Source: Flavobacterium sp. (GTDB taxonomy: Bacteria > Bacteroidota > Bacteroidia > Flavobacteriales > Flavobacteriaceae). Taken from it: a stretch of DNA of 64,000 nucleotides. This document shows positions 18,529 through 29,461 of this stretch, piece by piece. The stretch's first letter is position 1, and each line of letters begins with the position of its first letter. The notes under the pieces are model-generated. The model saw only the letters and a list, made by a program, of their open reading frames with translations. It did not search any database and was not told where the DNA came from. The position numbers and the translations under genes were made by a program. The stretch lies in contig NZ_JBIKPS010000009.1 of assembly GCF_044357305.1 (NCBI RefSeq), forward strand, positions 20,032-84,031, given 5' to 3'.

Positions 18529-19353
18529 TTAGATTTTAAAAGTCACTACTGGTCGTTTAGCATGGTTTACTAAATCTTCGCTGATACTTCCATTAAAGAA
18601 GTGCGAAAGACCTTTTCTTCCGTGAGTGCTCATTCCAATTAAATCGGCGTCAATGCTGTTTGCAAAATTTAATATTCCTTTTTCAACATTGGTTTCATTA
18701 TATATATGAGTAGCTACTTTTTTAATTTCAAATCCTTTAATGAAATTACTCATAATATCTTCTGCAGCCGAAGTTGATTTAAAATTATTTGGAGTATTTA
18801 CAGTTACTAAGTGTAAGGTTGCGTCAAATTTGTTAGCGAATTCAACCGCTTTCTGGAATGGTTTTTTCACTTCTTCAGAAAAATCAGAAGCAAAAACAAA
18901 ATTGTCTACTTGAAAGTCACCTTCTTCTTTTTTAATAATAAGTACAGGAACATCCGAATTACGAACTACTTTTTCGGCATTGGATCCAATAAACATTTCT
19001 TTGTAGCCACTTGCACCATGGGAACCCATTACAATTAAATCCACATTATTTAATTGACTAATTTTTAAAATTCCGTCAAAAGCCATTTCAAATTGGATAA
19101 TATCCGATACTTTAAGGCCATCTAAATAATCTTCCTCCATTAATTCTTCGAGCCTTCTAATTGCCGCGTCTTTAAAAAACATAATTTCTGGAATATCTTT
19201 ACCACTACCTATAGCATCACTACCTTGGTGAGGCAATTCAAGCATGTGTAATAAAATGATTTCACCATTGTTTTTTTTGGCAATTTGTGCAGCTACTTTT
19301 AAAGCATATTCAGCGTTTTGTGAAAAGTCGGTTGGAATTAAAATTTTTTTCAT
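18529..19353 (-). CDS. Universal stress protein (two Usp domains)
   Basis: KKILIPTDFS, LIVMGSHG, GSNAEKVVR and IGMSTHGRKG motifs. Confidence 0.93.
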   Translation of the reverse strand: MKKILIPTDFSQNAEYALKVAAQIAKKNNGEIILLHMLELPHQGSDAIGSGKDIPEIMFFKDAAIRRLEELMEEDYLDGLKVSDIIQFEMAFDGILKISQLNNVDLIVMGSHGASGYKEMFIGSNAEKVVRNSDVPVLIIKKEEGDFQVDNFVFASDFSEEVKKPFQKAVEFANKFDATLHLVTVNTPNNFKSTSAAEDIMSNFIKGFEIKKVATHIYNETNVEKGILNFANSIDADLIGMSTHGRKGLSHFFNGSISEDLVNHAKRPVVTFKI

Positions 19354-19489
19354 GATTGCGAAAAGATAATATTTTGTTGTTTGTCATTTAATAAAGCATA
19401 AAGGTATGAAAAAAATATAGAAGCCGATGGGTTTTAATATAAAATATTTTTTCTATATTTGCACCATTATTAAACAGAAATGGTATAAT

Positions 19490-19510
19490 GAGGGAAGCAA
19501 TGCTTCCCTC
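19490..19510 (+). promoter_or_regulatory. Hairpin in the rimP-nusA-infB leader
   Basis: gagggaagca-a-tgcttccctc, a perfect 10-bp stem between the TATATTTG promoter (19454-19461) and the ATG at 19524. Confidence 0.55.
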
Positions 19511-19523
19511 TTTTTATAAAAAT

Positions 19524-19991
19524 ATGACATTTAAAGAACAAGTAGCGCAGCTTTTAAACGATAGTTTGTCAGAAAAACCAAGCGTTTTTTTGATAGATAT
19601 TTCAATTTCAGATGCTTATAAAATTGTTGTAACTTTGGATGGGGATAATGGAGTAAATCTTCAAGATTGCATTGATATTGCTAGAGCGATAGAAAATAAT
19701 CTGGATCGAGAAGAACAAGATTTTGCTTTAGAAGTTGCCTCGGTTGGGGTTGGTAGTCCTTTAAAATTGACTAGACAATATATAAAAAATATTGGCAGAA
19801 ATCTTATTGTTAAAACCAATACAACTACTATTGAAGCAGAATTAATAGCGGCAGATGAAACTAAAATTGTTCTTTCTTGGAAAGCAAGAGAGCCCAAAAA
19901 AATAGGAAAAGGGAAAGAGACGGTTCAAAAAACTGAGGAAATACCTTACACAGAGATAAAACAAGCAATTGTTACAGTAAATTTTAATTAA
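19524..19991 (+). CDS. rimP: Ribosome maturation factor RimP
   Basis: [12 protein letters not shown] and RQYIKNIGR; upstream of nusA. The start at 19524 (MTFKEQV) is preferred to 19488. Confidence 0.93.
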   Translation: MTFKEQVAQLLNDSLSEKPSVFLIDISISDAYKIVVTLDGDNGVNLQDCIDIARAIENNLDREEQDFALEVASVGVGSPLKLTRQYIKNIGRNLIVKTNTTTIEAELIAADETKIVLSWKAREPKKIGKGKETVQKTEEIPYTEIKQAIVTVNFN

Positions 19992-20002
19992 TTATAGAAT
20001 AG

Positions 20003-21244
20003 ATGGAGAATATTGCATTAATCGACTCGTTCTCAGAGTTTAAAGACGATAAACTTATTGATAGAGTAACGCTTATGGCGATTTTAGAAGATGTTTTTAG
20101 AAATGCTTTAAAAAAGAAGTACGGTTCTGATGACAACTTTGATATTATCATTAACCCCGATAAAGGGGATATGGAAATTTGGAGACGAAGAGTTATCGTT
20201 GCAGATGATGATTTAGATCTAGAAAATGAAGAAATTACCTTAACGGACGCTCGAAAAATAGAATCTGATTTTGAAATTGGAGAAGAAGTTTCGGAAGAAG
20301 TTAAATTAATAGATTTAGGTAGAAGAGCTATTCTAGCGTTACGTCAAAATCTTATTTCTAAAATTCACGAACACGATAATACCAATCTTTACAAACAATT
20401 TAAAGATATTATTGGCGAAATTTATACTGCCGAAGTACACCACGTACGTCCAAGAGTTGTAATTTTAGTGGATGATGACGGAAACGAAATTGTATTGCCT
20501 AAAGAAAAACAAATTCCATCCGATTTCTTCCGCAAAGGAGATAACGTAAAAGGTATTATAGAAAGCGTTGAATTAAAAGGAAATAAACCTCAAATTATTA
20601 TGTCTAGAACTTCTGAAAAGTTCTTAGAAAAATTATTTGAACAAGAAATTCCAGAAGTATTCGATGGTTTAATTATGATTAAAAAAGTAGTTCGAATTCC
20701 TGGTGAAAAAGCAAAAGTAGCTGTAGATTCTTATGACGATAGAATTGATCCAGTTGGTGCTTGTGTTGGTATGAAAGGATCTCGTATTCACGGAATTGTT
20801 CGTGAATTAGGAAACGAAAATATTGACGTTATCAACTACACCACTAATGCTTCTTTATTAATTACAAGAGCCTTGAGCCCAGCTAAAGTTTCTTCAGTTA
20901 AAATTAACGAAGAGACCATGCACGCTGAAGTGTTTTTGAAACTAGAAGAAGTTTCTAAAGCTATTGGTCGTGGCGGTCAAAACATCAAATTAGCTGGTTT
21001 ATTAACTGGTTACGAATTAGATGTTATTAGAGAAGGAAGCACAGTTGAAGATGATGATGTTGAATTAACCGAATTTTCTGATGAAATTGATGGATGGATT
21101 ATTGACGAATTTGCTAAAATTGGCTTAGATACTGCAAGAAGTATCTTGAAACAAGACGTAGCCGATTTAGCGAGAAGAACCGATTTAGAAGAAGAAACAA
21201 TACAAGAAGTAATGCGCATATTGAAAGAGGAGTTTGAAAACTAA
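20003..21244 (+). CDS. nusA: Transcription termination factor NusA
   Basis: S1 and KH domains; [14 protein letters not shown] and AIGRGGQN. Confidence 0.97.
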   Translation: MENIALIDSFSEFKDDKLIDRVTLMAILEDVFRNALKKKYGSDDNFDIIINPDKGDMEIWRRRVIVADDDLDLENEEITLTDARKIESDFEIGEEVSEEVKLIDLGRRAILALRQNLISKIHEHDNTNLYKQFKDIIGEIYTAEVHHVRPRVVILVDDDGNEIVLPKEKQIPSDFFRKGDNVKGIIESVELKGNKPQIIMSRTSEKFLEKLFEQEIPEVFDGLIMIKKVVRIPGEKAKVAVDSYDDRIDPVGACVGMKGSRIHGIVRELGNENIDVINYTTNASLLITRALSPAKVSSVKINEETMHAEVFLKLEEVSKAIGRGGQNIKLAGLLTGYELDVIREGSTVEDDDVELTEFSDEIDGWIIDEFAKIGLDTARSILKQDVADLARRTDLEEETIQEVMRILKEEFEN

Positions 21245-21282
21245 TTTTTCACCAAAATAAAAAAGAATTTATAAAAGATTTT

Positions 21283-24117
21283 ATGTCTGAAGAAAGAAAT
21301 ATTAGAATAAACAAAGTTTTAAGGGAATTAAACATTTCGTTAGAAAGAGCTATCGATTATCTTAAAGATAAGGGTATTGCTATTGATGCAAACCCAAATG
21401 CTAAGATATCCGATAAAGAGTTTGATATTCTACAAAATCAATTTGCCGGTGATAAGGGCAATAAAGAAGCGTCTAAAGGGGTTAGCGAAGAAATAAAGAA
21501 AGAAAAAGAGGCACTTCGTCTAGAAAGAGAAAAAGAAATTGAAGACAAGAAAAAACTAGAAGAAGAGCGTCAACGTCTGGAAGTTATTAAAGCTAAAGCT
21601 GTAGTTTCTAGCCCAAAACAAGTTGGAAAAATTGATTTAAATCCAAAAGCTTCTGTTTCTCCAAAGACTGAATCTGTAAAAATTCCGGAAGTTAAAACTC
21701 CAGAGGTTGCTGCTCCTATAGCAGAACCTGTGGCAGTCAAAACTCCAGAAGTTAAAGTTGCTCCTAAAGCACCTTCCGAAGAAAAGAAAGCGGCTCCAGT
21801 TGTAACTGAAAAACCAACACCAAAAGCGGAAGTTGCTGCGCCTAAGAAAGAAGTAGCAAAAGAAGAAAAAACAATTGCGGTTGAACCAGTTGTTGATGAA
21901 ACTCATACTACGCAATACCAAAGCCTTACAGGACCAATATTAACTGGTCAAAAAATTGATTTAACTCAATTCAACAAACCTAAAAAGAAAGTTGAAACCC
22001 CAAAAATTAACAGCGGAAGTAAGTTAGATCCAAATAAAAACAAACGTAAAAGAATCCCACCAAAACCAGGGGAAGCAAGACCAGGAACTCCTGGAGGAGC
22101 TGCTGGAGGTCCAAGACCACCGGGAACTGGAGGAAAATTTACTGCAAATAAACCAGGCGGTGGCGGTTTTGTTAAAGGAAACCGACCTGCTATTGTTCAA
22201 AAGGTAGAGCCTACAGAAGAAGAGGTTAAAAATCAAATTAAAGAAACGCTAGAAAGACTGCAAGGAAAAGGTTCTAAATCCAAAGCAGCTAAGTACAGAA
22301 GAGATAAAAGAGATACCCACCGTCAGCGTTCTGACGATGAGCAAAGAGCTATCGATGAAGGAAGCAAAACGATCAAAGTAACAGAATTTGTTACTGTTGG
22401 TGAAGTTGCTACCATGATGGATGTGCCAATTACTAAAGTTATTGGAACGTGTATGTCACTTGGAATCATGGTTACCATGAACCAACGTTTGGATGCAGAA
22501 ACCTTAACTATTGTTGCAGATGAATTTGGATATGAAGTAGAATTTATTACTACAGATCTAGAAGATTCTATGGAAGTGGTTGAAGAAAGAGAAGAAGATT
22601 TAGTTACTAGAGCGCCTATCGTAACCGTAATGGGTCACGTCGATCACGGTAAAACTTCGTTATTAGATAACATCCGTAAAGAAAATGTAATTGCAGGAGA
22701 ATCAGGAGGGATCACCCAACATATTGGTGCTTATGCAGTACAATTAGACAACGGACAAAAAATTACCTTCTTAGATACCCCTGGTCACGAGGCGTTTACC
22801 GCAATGCGTGCCCGTGGAGCGCAGGTTACCGATATTGCAATTATTGTGATTGCGGCGGATGATGACATCATGCCACAAACTAAAGAGGCTATCTCCCATG
22901 CTCAAGCAGCTGGAGTACCTATGATATTTGCTATCAATAAGGTAGATAAACCGCATGCAAATCCGGAGAAAATTAAAGAGAAATTAGCAGGAATGAACCT
23001 TCTTGTAGAGGACTGGGGTGGTAAATACCAATCGCATGATATTTCTGCAAAAACGGGATTGGGAGTTAAAGAACTTTTAGAAAAAGTTTTATTAGAAGCA
23101 GAAATATTAGATTTAAAAGCAAATCCAAATAAACCTGCCGTTGGAACTGTTGTGGAAGCACAATTAGATAAAGGTAGAGGATATGTTTCTACTATATTAG
23201 TACAATCTGGAACTTTAAAAGTTGGAGATTATGTATTAGCTGGTAAAAACCACGGTAAGGTAAAAGCAATGTACGATGAAAGAGGAAACAGCGTGAAAGA
23301 AGCTGGTCCTTCTACACCAATGTCTATTTTAGGATTGGACGGAGCGCCTACCGCTGGAGATAAATTCAACGTATTTGAAGATGAAAGAGAAGCGAAGTTA
23401 ATTGCTGCCAAACGTACGCAATTAATGAGAGAGCAATCGGTAAGAACCCAACGTCATATTACTTTGGCAGAAATTGGTCGTCGTATTGCACTTGGACAAT
23501 TTAAAGAATTGAACATTATCCTTAAAGGGGATGTGGATGGTTCTGTAGAAGCATTGTCTAACTCGTTCACTAAATTATCTACGGAAGAAATTCAAATCAA
23601 TATTATCCACAAAGGAGTTGGAGCAATTACCGAAACCGACGTTATGTTGGCTTCTGCTTCCGATGCGATCATTATCGGATTTAACGTTCGTCCTGCAGGA
23701 AATGCAAGACAACTTGCCGATAAAGAAGAAATTGATATCCGTAATTACTCCATTATCTACGATGCAATTGATGACTTGAAGGATGCAATGGAAGGAATGT
23801 TGTCACCAATAATGAAAGAAGAAGTAACCGGTACTGCCGAAATTAGAGAAACATTCAAGATCTCTAAAATTGGAACCATTGCAGGTTGTATGGTTACTGA
23901 TGGTAAAATATTCAGAAACTCTAAAATACGTATTATTCGTGAGGGAGTGGTGGTGTTTACAGGTGAGCTTACCGCATTAAAACGATTCAAAGACGACGTA
24001 AAAGACGTTTCTAAAGGATACGATTGTGGTATTCAAATAAAAAATTACAACGACATAGAGCAGTTGGATATTATTGAAGCTTTCCAGGAAGTAGAAGTAA
24101 AGAGAAAACAAAAATAG
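21283..24117 (+). CDS. infB: Translation initiation factor IF-2
   Basis: [16 protein letters not shown] and INKVD motifs; C-terminal GYDCGI. Confidence 0.98.
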   Translation: MSEERNIRINKVLRELNISLERAIDYLKDKGIAIDANPNAKISDKEFDILQNQFAGDKGNKEASKGVSEEIKKEKEALRLEREKEIEDKKKLEEERQRLEVIKAKAVVSSPKQVGKIDLNPKASVSPKTESVKIPEVKTPEVAAPIAEPVAVKTPEVKVAPKAPSEEKKAAPVVTEKPTPKAEVAAPKKEVAKEEKTIAVEPVVDETHTTQYQSLTGPILTGQKIDLTQFNKPKKKVETPKINSGSKLDPNKNKRKRIPPKPGEARPGTPGGAAGGPRPPGTGGKFTANKPGGGGFVKGNRPAIVQKVEPTEEEVKNQIKETLERLQGKGSKSKAAKYRRDKRDTHRQRSDDEQRAIDEGSKTIKVTEFVTVGEVATMMDVPITKVIGTCMSLGIMVTMNQRLDAETLTIVADEFGYEVEFITTDLEDSMEVVEEREEDLVTRAPIVTVMGHVDHGKTSLLDNIRKENVIAGESGGITQHIGAYAVQLDNGQKITFLDTPGHEAFTAMRARGAQVTDIAIIVIAADDDIMPQTKEAISHAQAAGVPMIFAINKVDKPHANPEKIKEKLAGMNLLVEDWGGKYQSHDISAKTGLGVKELLEKVLLEAEILDLKANPNKPAVGTVVEAQLDKGRGYVSTILVQSGTLKVGDYVLAGKNHGKVKAMYDERGNSVKEAGPSTPMSILGLDGAPTAGDKFNVFEDEREAKLIAAKRTQLMREQSVRTQRHITLAEIGRRIALGQFKELNIILKGDVDGSVEALSNSFTKLSTEEIQINIIHKGVGAITETDVMLASASDAIIIGFNVRPAGNARQLADKEEIDIRNYSIIYDAIDDLKDAMEGMLSPIMKEEVTGTAEIRETFKISKIGTIAGCMVTDGKIFRNSKIRIIREGVVVFTGELTALKRFKDDVKDVSKGYDCGIQIKNYNDIEQLDIIEAFQEVEVKRKQK

Positions 24118-24134
24118 TCTATAAGTATAAAGTT

Positions 24135-24163
24135 AAAAATCCCGAGCAATCGGGATTTTTTTT
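24135..24163 (+). terminator. Terminator after infB
   Basis: aaaaatcccga-gcaa-tcgggattttt plus a T-run. Confidence 0.75.
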
Positions 24164-24311
24164 GGACCTATTTTATAGAAGTAAATAATGCAAGATAGGT
24201 GATTTGAATTAGGTACTGTCTTTCGATGAAAGATATAGGAAGCCTTATTTATCCATAAAAAAAGCCCCATTAAGGGACTTTTTTCTTTTATAAATCAGAC
24301 GGGAATGAATT

Positions 24312-25187
24312 TTAGTTTCCGATAACTATGTTATAAGAATTACCGTTCACTGTGTATACAGCCAAGTTATCGCAGTCTCCGTTACCATAATCTAAAGTAG
24401 CAGAATGATTGTTTTTTGTAAATGTAATAACTCCTTCAACAAGTAGTGGTTTTTGTGTATTCATGCAACTCATTTTTGCTTTAAGTGGAGTTGTGATAGT
24501 ACTAGTAACAATTCCAGATGGATGAGTGGTTGTCCAATTTCCGGTTATGCTGTAAATATTATCAGAAAAAACATTTGGTGTACCATAACCTTCAATAATT
24601 TCTCTAGTTCTTGTACCAACTCTATGGTGGATTTCACCATTAATAGTTGTAGCTGTTAAATCCATGTTCATAACCACAATTGGATGACTTGGTGATGTTG
24701 CGGTAGCAACACTCATTGTTCTAGTAAATGATTTATCTCCTTCAATTTTAATAGTGTTATGATAGAAATTAACAAAACTATAATTTACAGTTTGACTTGC
24801 AGCAGTTGGATGATAGGTAAATGTTATAACAATTTTACCACTTACAAAATTATTGTTTGATAAAGTACATCCTGCGCCAAAATCAATTGTTTTAGTCACT
24901 TGGTCTCCATCAACTAAAGCAGTTCCAAAACTTGGTATTCTTGTAATTGTAGCACAAGCTGACAAAGCTACATCACCATTCTTATTTGAAAAAGAATTAG
25001 AATTTATATTGTTATATTGGTCTTCAACAATAGAACTTACATCATCACTTGCTAGATCAATTTTAGAACTAGATTGCGCCTCTTCTTTAGTCATAAAGGA
25101 ATTGTCTGAAGAATCATTTTTGCTACAACTAGCAAAGAAAAAAACAGCACTTAAAGCAGCCATTTTAATAAAAGATTTTGTTTTCAT
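24312..25187 (-). CDS. Hypothetical lipoprotein, probably surface exposed
   Basis: Lipobox FFASC followed by SKNDSSD, resembling the Bacteroidota lipoprotein export signal; Thr/Gly-rich beta-strand sequence with IDFGAGC and LDYGNGDCDN. Confidence 0.8.
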   Translation of the reverse strand: MKTKSFIKMAALSAVFFFASCSKNDSSDNSFMTKEEAQSSSKIDLASDDVSSIVEDQYNNINSNSFSNKNGDVALSACATITRIPSFGTALVDGDQVTKTIDFGAGCTLSNNNFVSGKIVITFTYHPTAASQTVNYSFVNFYHNTIKIEGDKSFTRTMSVATATSPSHPIVVMNMDLTATTINGEIHHRVGTRTREIIEGYGTPNVFSDNIYSITGNWTTTHPSGIVTSTITTPLKAKMSCMNTQKPLLVEGVITFTKNNHSATLDYGNGDCDNLAVYTVNGNSYNIVIGN

Positions 25188-25296
25188 AGATATAAATTTA
25201 GAATGTTATTTAAATAAGACTAGGTCAAATATAAATGGTTTAATCTTAAGATAAAAATTTATTTCAGATACTTTGATTATCGTATCTTTGAACGCA

Positions 25297-26274
25297 ATGA
25301 ATATTATTTCACAAATAAAACAACCCATTCAACTAGAAATGGAACTTTTTGAAAAAAAGTTCTACGAATCGATGTCTTCTAAGGTAGCGTTGCTTAATAG
25401 AATTACCTATTATATTGTGAACCGAAAAGGGAAACAAATGCGACCAATGTTTGTTTTCTTGACTGCCAAAATGATTTCTGGCGGGATGGTTAATGAACGA
25501 ACTTACAGAGGCGCTTGTGTTATTGAACTTATTCACACTGCAACATTGGTGCACGATGATGTGGTAGATGACAGTAACAGAAGAAGAGGATTTTTCTCTA
25601 TCAATGCCCTTTGGAAAAATAAAATTGCCGTTTTAGTTGGTGATTATTTACTTTCCAAAGGATTATTACTTTCTATAGATCATGGCGATTTTGATTTACT
25701 CCGAATTATCTCGGTTGCTGTGCGAGAAATGAGTGAAGGCGAATTACTTCAAATAGAAAAAGCACGACGATTAGATATTACGGAGGACATTTACTACGAA
25801 ATCATCCGCCAAAAAACAGCAACACTTATTGCTGCTTGTTGCGCCTTAGGAGCCAAATCCGTTTCGGAAGATGAATTTCAGGTGGAAACAATGCGTAAAT
25901 TTGGAGAACTCATAGGAATGGCTTTTCAAATAAAAGACGATTTATTCGATTATACCGATGAAGCCATAGGGAAACCAACTGGAATTGACATCAAAGAACA
26001 AAAAATGACTTTGCCGTTAATTCATGCTTTGAATAATTGTACCGATAAAGAAAAAAGCTGGTGCATCAATTCCATAAAAAACCACAACAAGGATAAAAAA
26101 CGAGTAAAAGAGGTAATCCAATTTGTGAAAGACCAAAACGGATTACACTATGCCGAACAAAAAATGGAGGAATTCCAGCACGAAGCACTCGCTTTAATTC
26201 AAAGCTTCCCCAATTCTATTTATAAAGATAGTTTGATTCTGATGGTGAACTATGTGATTGAAAGGAAAAAATAG
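25297..26274 (+). CDS. Polyprenyl diphosphate synthase (long-chain, probably for the menaquinone side chain)
   Basis: GKQMRP, HDDVVD..RRG, FQIKDD and GKPTG.D motifs. A TATCTTTG promoter at 25283-25290 supports the start at 25297. Confidence 0.93.
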   Translation: MNIISQIKQPIQLEMELFEKKFYESMSSKVALLNRITYYIVNRKGKQMRPMFVFLTAKMISGGMVNERTYRGACVIELIHTATLVHDDVVDDSNRRRGFFSINALWKNKIAVLVGDYLLSKGLLLSIDHGDFDLLRIISVAVREMSEGELLQIEKARRLDITEDIYYEIIRQKTATLIAACCALGAKSVSEDEFQVETMRKFGELIGMAFQIKDDLFDYTDEAIGKPTGIDIKEQKMTLPLIHALNNCTDKEKSWCINSIKNHNKDKKRVKEVIQFVKDQNGLHYAEQKMEEFQHEALALIQSFPNSIYKDSLILMVNYVIERKK

Positions 26275-26400
26275 TGTTCTGTATTCATTTTAAAGTGTTT
26301 TTTCAAAACCTGACAGGTTTTAAGTTACTTAATTGAAACAGTTTTTTTCTTATATTACCGAGCTTTTGCCTACTATTATTTAGTTTCCGAGATTTTATGA

Positions 26401-26457
26401 CTTTAGATGGAACGCGGATTGAACAGATGCTTTGCAACGCGGATCCAATAGCGGATT
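26401..26457. repeat. CGCGGAT repeat module, inverted relative to 3531-3586
   Basis: gatggaacgcggat..gatgctttgcaacgcggat matches the reverse complement of 3531-3586. Confidence 0.8.
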
Positions 26458-26516
26458 TGCAATCTGTGCCCACTATCAAAATCAAAAAAAAGAGTAACAT
26501 AAAAAAGTTTTTTTGT

Positions 26517-26639
26517 CTGAAGCGAAAGGCATGCGCATTTTAGTAAAGGCAATTCCCGCTTTTCGTTGCAATCTGTCATTGCGAGGAACGAAGCAATCTC
26601 ATAACAAAAATTGATATACGCAATGCCAGGATTTCCACT
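26517..26639. repeat. ~120-bp direct repeat, copy 1 (contains the GTCATTGCGAGG module)
   Basis: Aligns with 31956-32076 with about 7 differences by eye. Confidence 0.9.
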
Positions 26640-26721
26640 GCAAATAAAATTCATCGAACTCCGCTAAAAAAAATAGCAAAGTGAGATAATCGGGGCTAGA
26701 TTGGTTTTGTCTTTTGTGAAA

Positions 26722-28110
26722 TTAGTTGTCCAAATTAGCCATGATTTTAAACATTTCAACATTAGAAGTAAAATACCTATTCTCCATGCTTAATTCCGAT
26801 AATTGGGAACCCACCAAATTGTTTTCTCTTGAATTTATCAAAAACAGAGAGCTTTCTCCAAATGTAAACAATCGCTCTTCGGAGGTTAACATAGCATCGT
26901 AATCTTTAACCAAAGCCGAAATTAATTTGCGCTGTTTTACCAAAGAGTTGATTTCAATTTGTTGGGAAACAATTTTATTTTTTAATTGTACCCGTTCTAA
27001 ATCTAATGCAAATTGTGCATCTTGAATTTTAAATTTAGCCATTTGCAATCCGCCACGCTCTTTTCTTAAAAATAATGGATAACTAAAGTTTACGCCAATT
27101 TTAAAATTATCAAAGTTCGTAGAATTCCAATAACTAGGTTCCGATAAATAATGGTATCCCAAGTCTATTTTTGGCAATAAATTATTTCTTTTAAGATTGC
27201 GCTCCACTTCCAGTAGGGCAATTTTACTTTGTAAGGCATTTATTTTAGGATGATTTTCAATAGAAGTACTGGGCACTAGTAAATCATTAGTTTTTAAAGT
27301 TTCCTGAATAGTCAGTTCTAGTTTTTCTTCTGGAGTAATTCCATCTTGAATTTCCAAGGGCACATTGTTTTCTAACCATAAATAATTAGACAATTCAAGT
27401 TTGGATTTAGCTAATTTTAATTGGGAATCTTCTAAATTTAATTTTCTATTTCGTACTGTAATTCCAGCTTCAATGCTGTCTATTGCCGACTTGTCGCCAT
27501 TTTCAATTAAACTCGATACGGCATTATAGCGAACCTCGGCATTTTTTAAATAATTTTCATAAAGCTGCACTTGACTATAATTTAGTTTCCAATTAAAATA
27601 GGCTATCGAAGCAGCATACAAAACCTCAATAGATTGTAATTTTCGTTCTGCTTGACTCCATTGCAATTGAATTTTAGCCTTTTGCAAATCAGCCATTCGT
27701 TGATTGATTAATAATCCTTGTCCCAACGGAATGTTAATACCTAAAGAGCTTAAGCCTTTGTTTGGCAAAGTGTTTTCTGGGTTTAAATAAATCCCTTCGC
27801 TATTGTCAAAACCTGCTTTAACTTCAATTCCATACCAAGTTGGGATTTTGAAACTACTATTTAAAATTGAATAATAGGTTTTATCTTTAAATTGTTTTTT
27901 GTCAAAATCTACTTCTATTTTAGGGTCAAATCCTCCGCGGGCCATCATCAAATTAGCTTGCGCAGTATTGATTTGTAGATTTGCGCTTTTTACCATAGGG
28001 TGGTATTTTTTTACAAAACCTAAAAATTCATTGTAAGTAAGTTCATTGTCCTTTTTTTCTTGTCCAATCAAGGAAATGCTTATCAATAGAAAAACTAAAA
28101 TTTTCTTCAT
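26722..28110 (-). CDS. TolC family outer membrane efflux protein
   Basis: Signal peptide, two helical repeats, C-terminal GESSLFLINSRE; downstream of HlyD. Confidence 0.9.
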   Translation of the reverse strand: MKKILVFLLISISLIGQEKKDNELTYNEFLGFVKKYHPMVKSANLQINTAQANLMMARGGFDPKIEVDFDKKQFKDKTYYSILNSSFKIPTWYGIEVKAGFDNSEGIYLNPENTLPNKGLSSLGINIPLGQGLLINQRMADLQKAKIQLQWSQAERKLQSIEVLYAASIAYFNWKLNYSQVQLYENYLKNAEVRYNAVSSLIENGDKSAIDSIEAGITVRNRKLNLEDSQLKLAKSKLELSNYLWLENNVPLEIQDGITPEEKLELTIQETLKTNDLLVPSTSIENHPKINALQSKIALLEVERNLKRNNLLPKIDLGYHYLSEPSYWNSTNFDNFKIGVNFSYPLFLRKERGGLQMAKFKIQDAQFALDLERVQLKNKIVSQQIEINSLVKQRKLISALVKDYDAMLTSEERLFTFGESSLFLINSRENNLVGSQLSELSMENRYFTSNVEMFKIMANLDN

Positions 28111-29456
28111 TACTTTTTTTCTTTAGTTATTTCCCCTTTTGGTTGGTAATAATTAGGCGGAAAACCATTAAGGGTTCTCCATAATTCATACCAAATTGGT
28201 ACATTTTCAAGTAAAGCTAATGTTTGAGCACCCGACCCCATACTAATTTGCTTTGGCCAAGAATCTTCATTTTTGTCTGGGGCAATTAAAACTCTAAATT
28301 TTCCATTCGGGCTTATGTAATTTTCAATAGCTACAATTTTTCCTCCAAAAGTTCCATAACTCATATTTGGCCAACCTGAAAAAACCACGGTAGGCCATCC
28401 ATCAAACCAAATTCTAACTTTTTCTCCTTTGTGAATTAAGGGTAAATCATTCGGCATTACATAGGTTTCTACTGCAATGTCATATTTGGAAGGCATGATA
28501 CTTACCAGTTGCGTTCCTTCTTTAATGGTTTCGCCAATTCCAGATTGTAAAGTGCGGTTTATATAACCATCTTGCGGCGCTTTTATATAATACATGCCAT
28601 TTCGAATTTGGTAATTTACATACTGATTTTGTAGTTTATTTACTTGCGCTTCGGTATCGTATTGGCTACTCATTGCGGTGTATTGATCACTTTGAGCTTT
28701 GGAACTTTTTTCGGCGTATTCTGCATTAATTCTATTTACTTCTACTTTGGTATTTATTAGTTCATTTTTACTGGTTAGAAATTTATTTTCTTGAGTAATA
28801 ATCTTAGCTTCCACCTCCTGTAATTTCAATCTTTTTTCTTCAACATCGGTTAAGGGCTTCAATCCTTCTTTGTTTAAGGTTACCGATCGATTGAACTGTG
28901 TAGTTGCAATTTTGAATTGGGTTTTTACAGCAACCAAATCCATACTGTCGCTTTTTACTTTCAAAACGGATTGTCTAATTTTATTTTGTGCTTGTTGTTG
29001 TTTTAATACTTTTTCATTTTCAATTGCATTAATTTGTTCGGATAGGGTGTTTACTTTACTGCCATACGATTTTGCTGCCATTTTTTTTGCATCCACTTGG
29101 CTTTTTGTATTTTGAACTAAATTAGGATCAAAATAGTCTTCTTTTACTTCAGAAATAAAAATGATGGTATCTCCTTTTTTCACGTAGTCTCCTTCTTGTA
29201 CATACCATTTTTCAATTCGGCCTGCAATTGCAGAATGTATGGTCTGTGGACGTTGATCTGGCTTTAAAGTTGTAACAGCTCCTGAACCAGAGATATTTTG
29301 TGTCCATGGAAGAAATAAAATTGCTATCCCAAAAAGAGAGACATAGAGGATTATTTTATTTAAAATTCTGTAATGAGGTCGATTACTTAAATTTTTGACA
29401 GAAGTATATTGATCAATATTTTCTGTTATCGGATTTTTTTCAGATATATTTAGCAT
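28110..29456 (-). CDS. HlyD family membrane fusion protein
   Basis: One TM helix, IAGRIEKWYVQEGDYVKKGD lipoyl-like half motif, long coiled coil, IKAPQDG. Confidence 0.92.
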   Translation of the reverse strand: MLNISEKNPITENIDQYTSVKNLSNRPHYRILNKIILYVSLFGIAILFLPWTQNISGSGAVTTLKPDQRPQTIHSAIAGRIEKWYVQEGDYVKKGDTIIFISEVKEDYFDPNLVQNTKSQVDAKKMAAKSYGSKVNTLSEQINAIENEKVLKQQQAQNKIRQSVLKVKSDSMDLVAVKTQFKIATTQFNRSVTLNKEGLKPLTDVEEKRLKLQEVEAKIITQENKFLTSKNELINTKVEVNRINAEYAEKSSKAQSDQYTAMSSQYDTEAQVNKLQNQYVNYQIRNGMYYIKAPQDGYINRTLQSGIGETIKEGTQLVSIMPSKYDIAVETYVMPNDLPLIHKGEKVRIWFDGWPTVVFSGWPNMSYGTFGGKIVAIENYISPNGKFRVLIAPDKNEDSWPKQISMGSGAQTLALLENVPIWYELWRTLNGFPPNYYQPKGEITKEKK

Positions 29457-29461
29457 GGCAA

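Noticed and set aside
26303-26654. ORFs 26303-26500, 26403-26654 and 31890-32075 sharing CYEIAS.LAMTDCNEKRE
   Set aside because: These are translations of the 120-bp repeat and adjacent sequence, a common source of false conserved hypotheticals.
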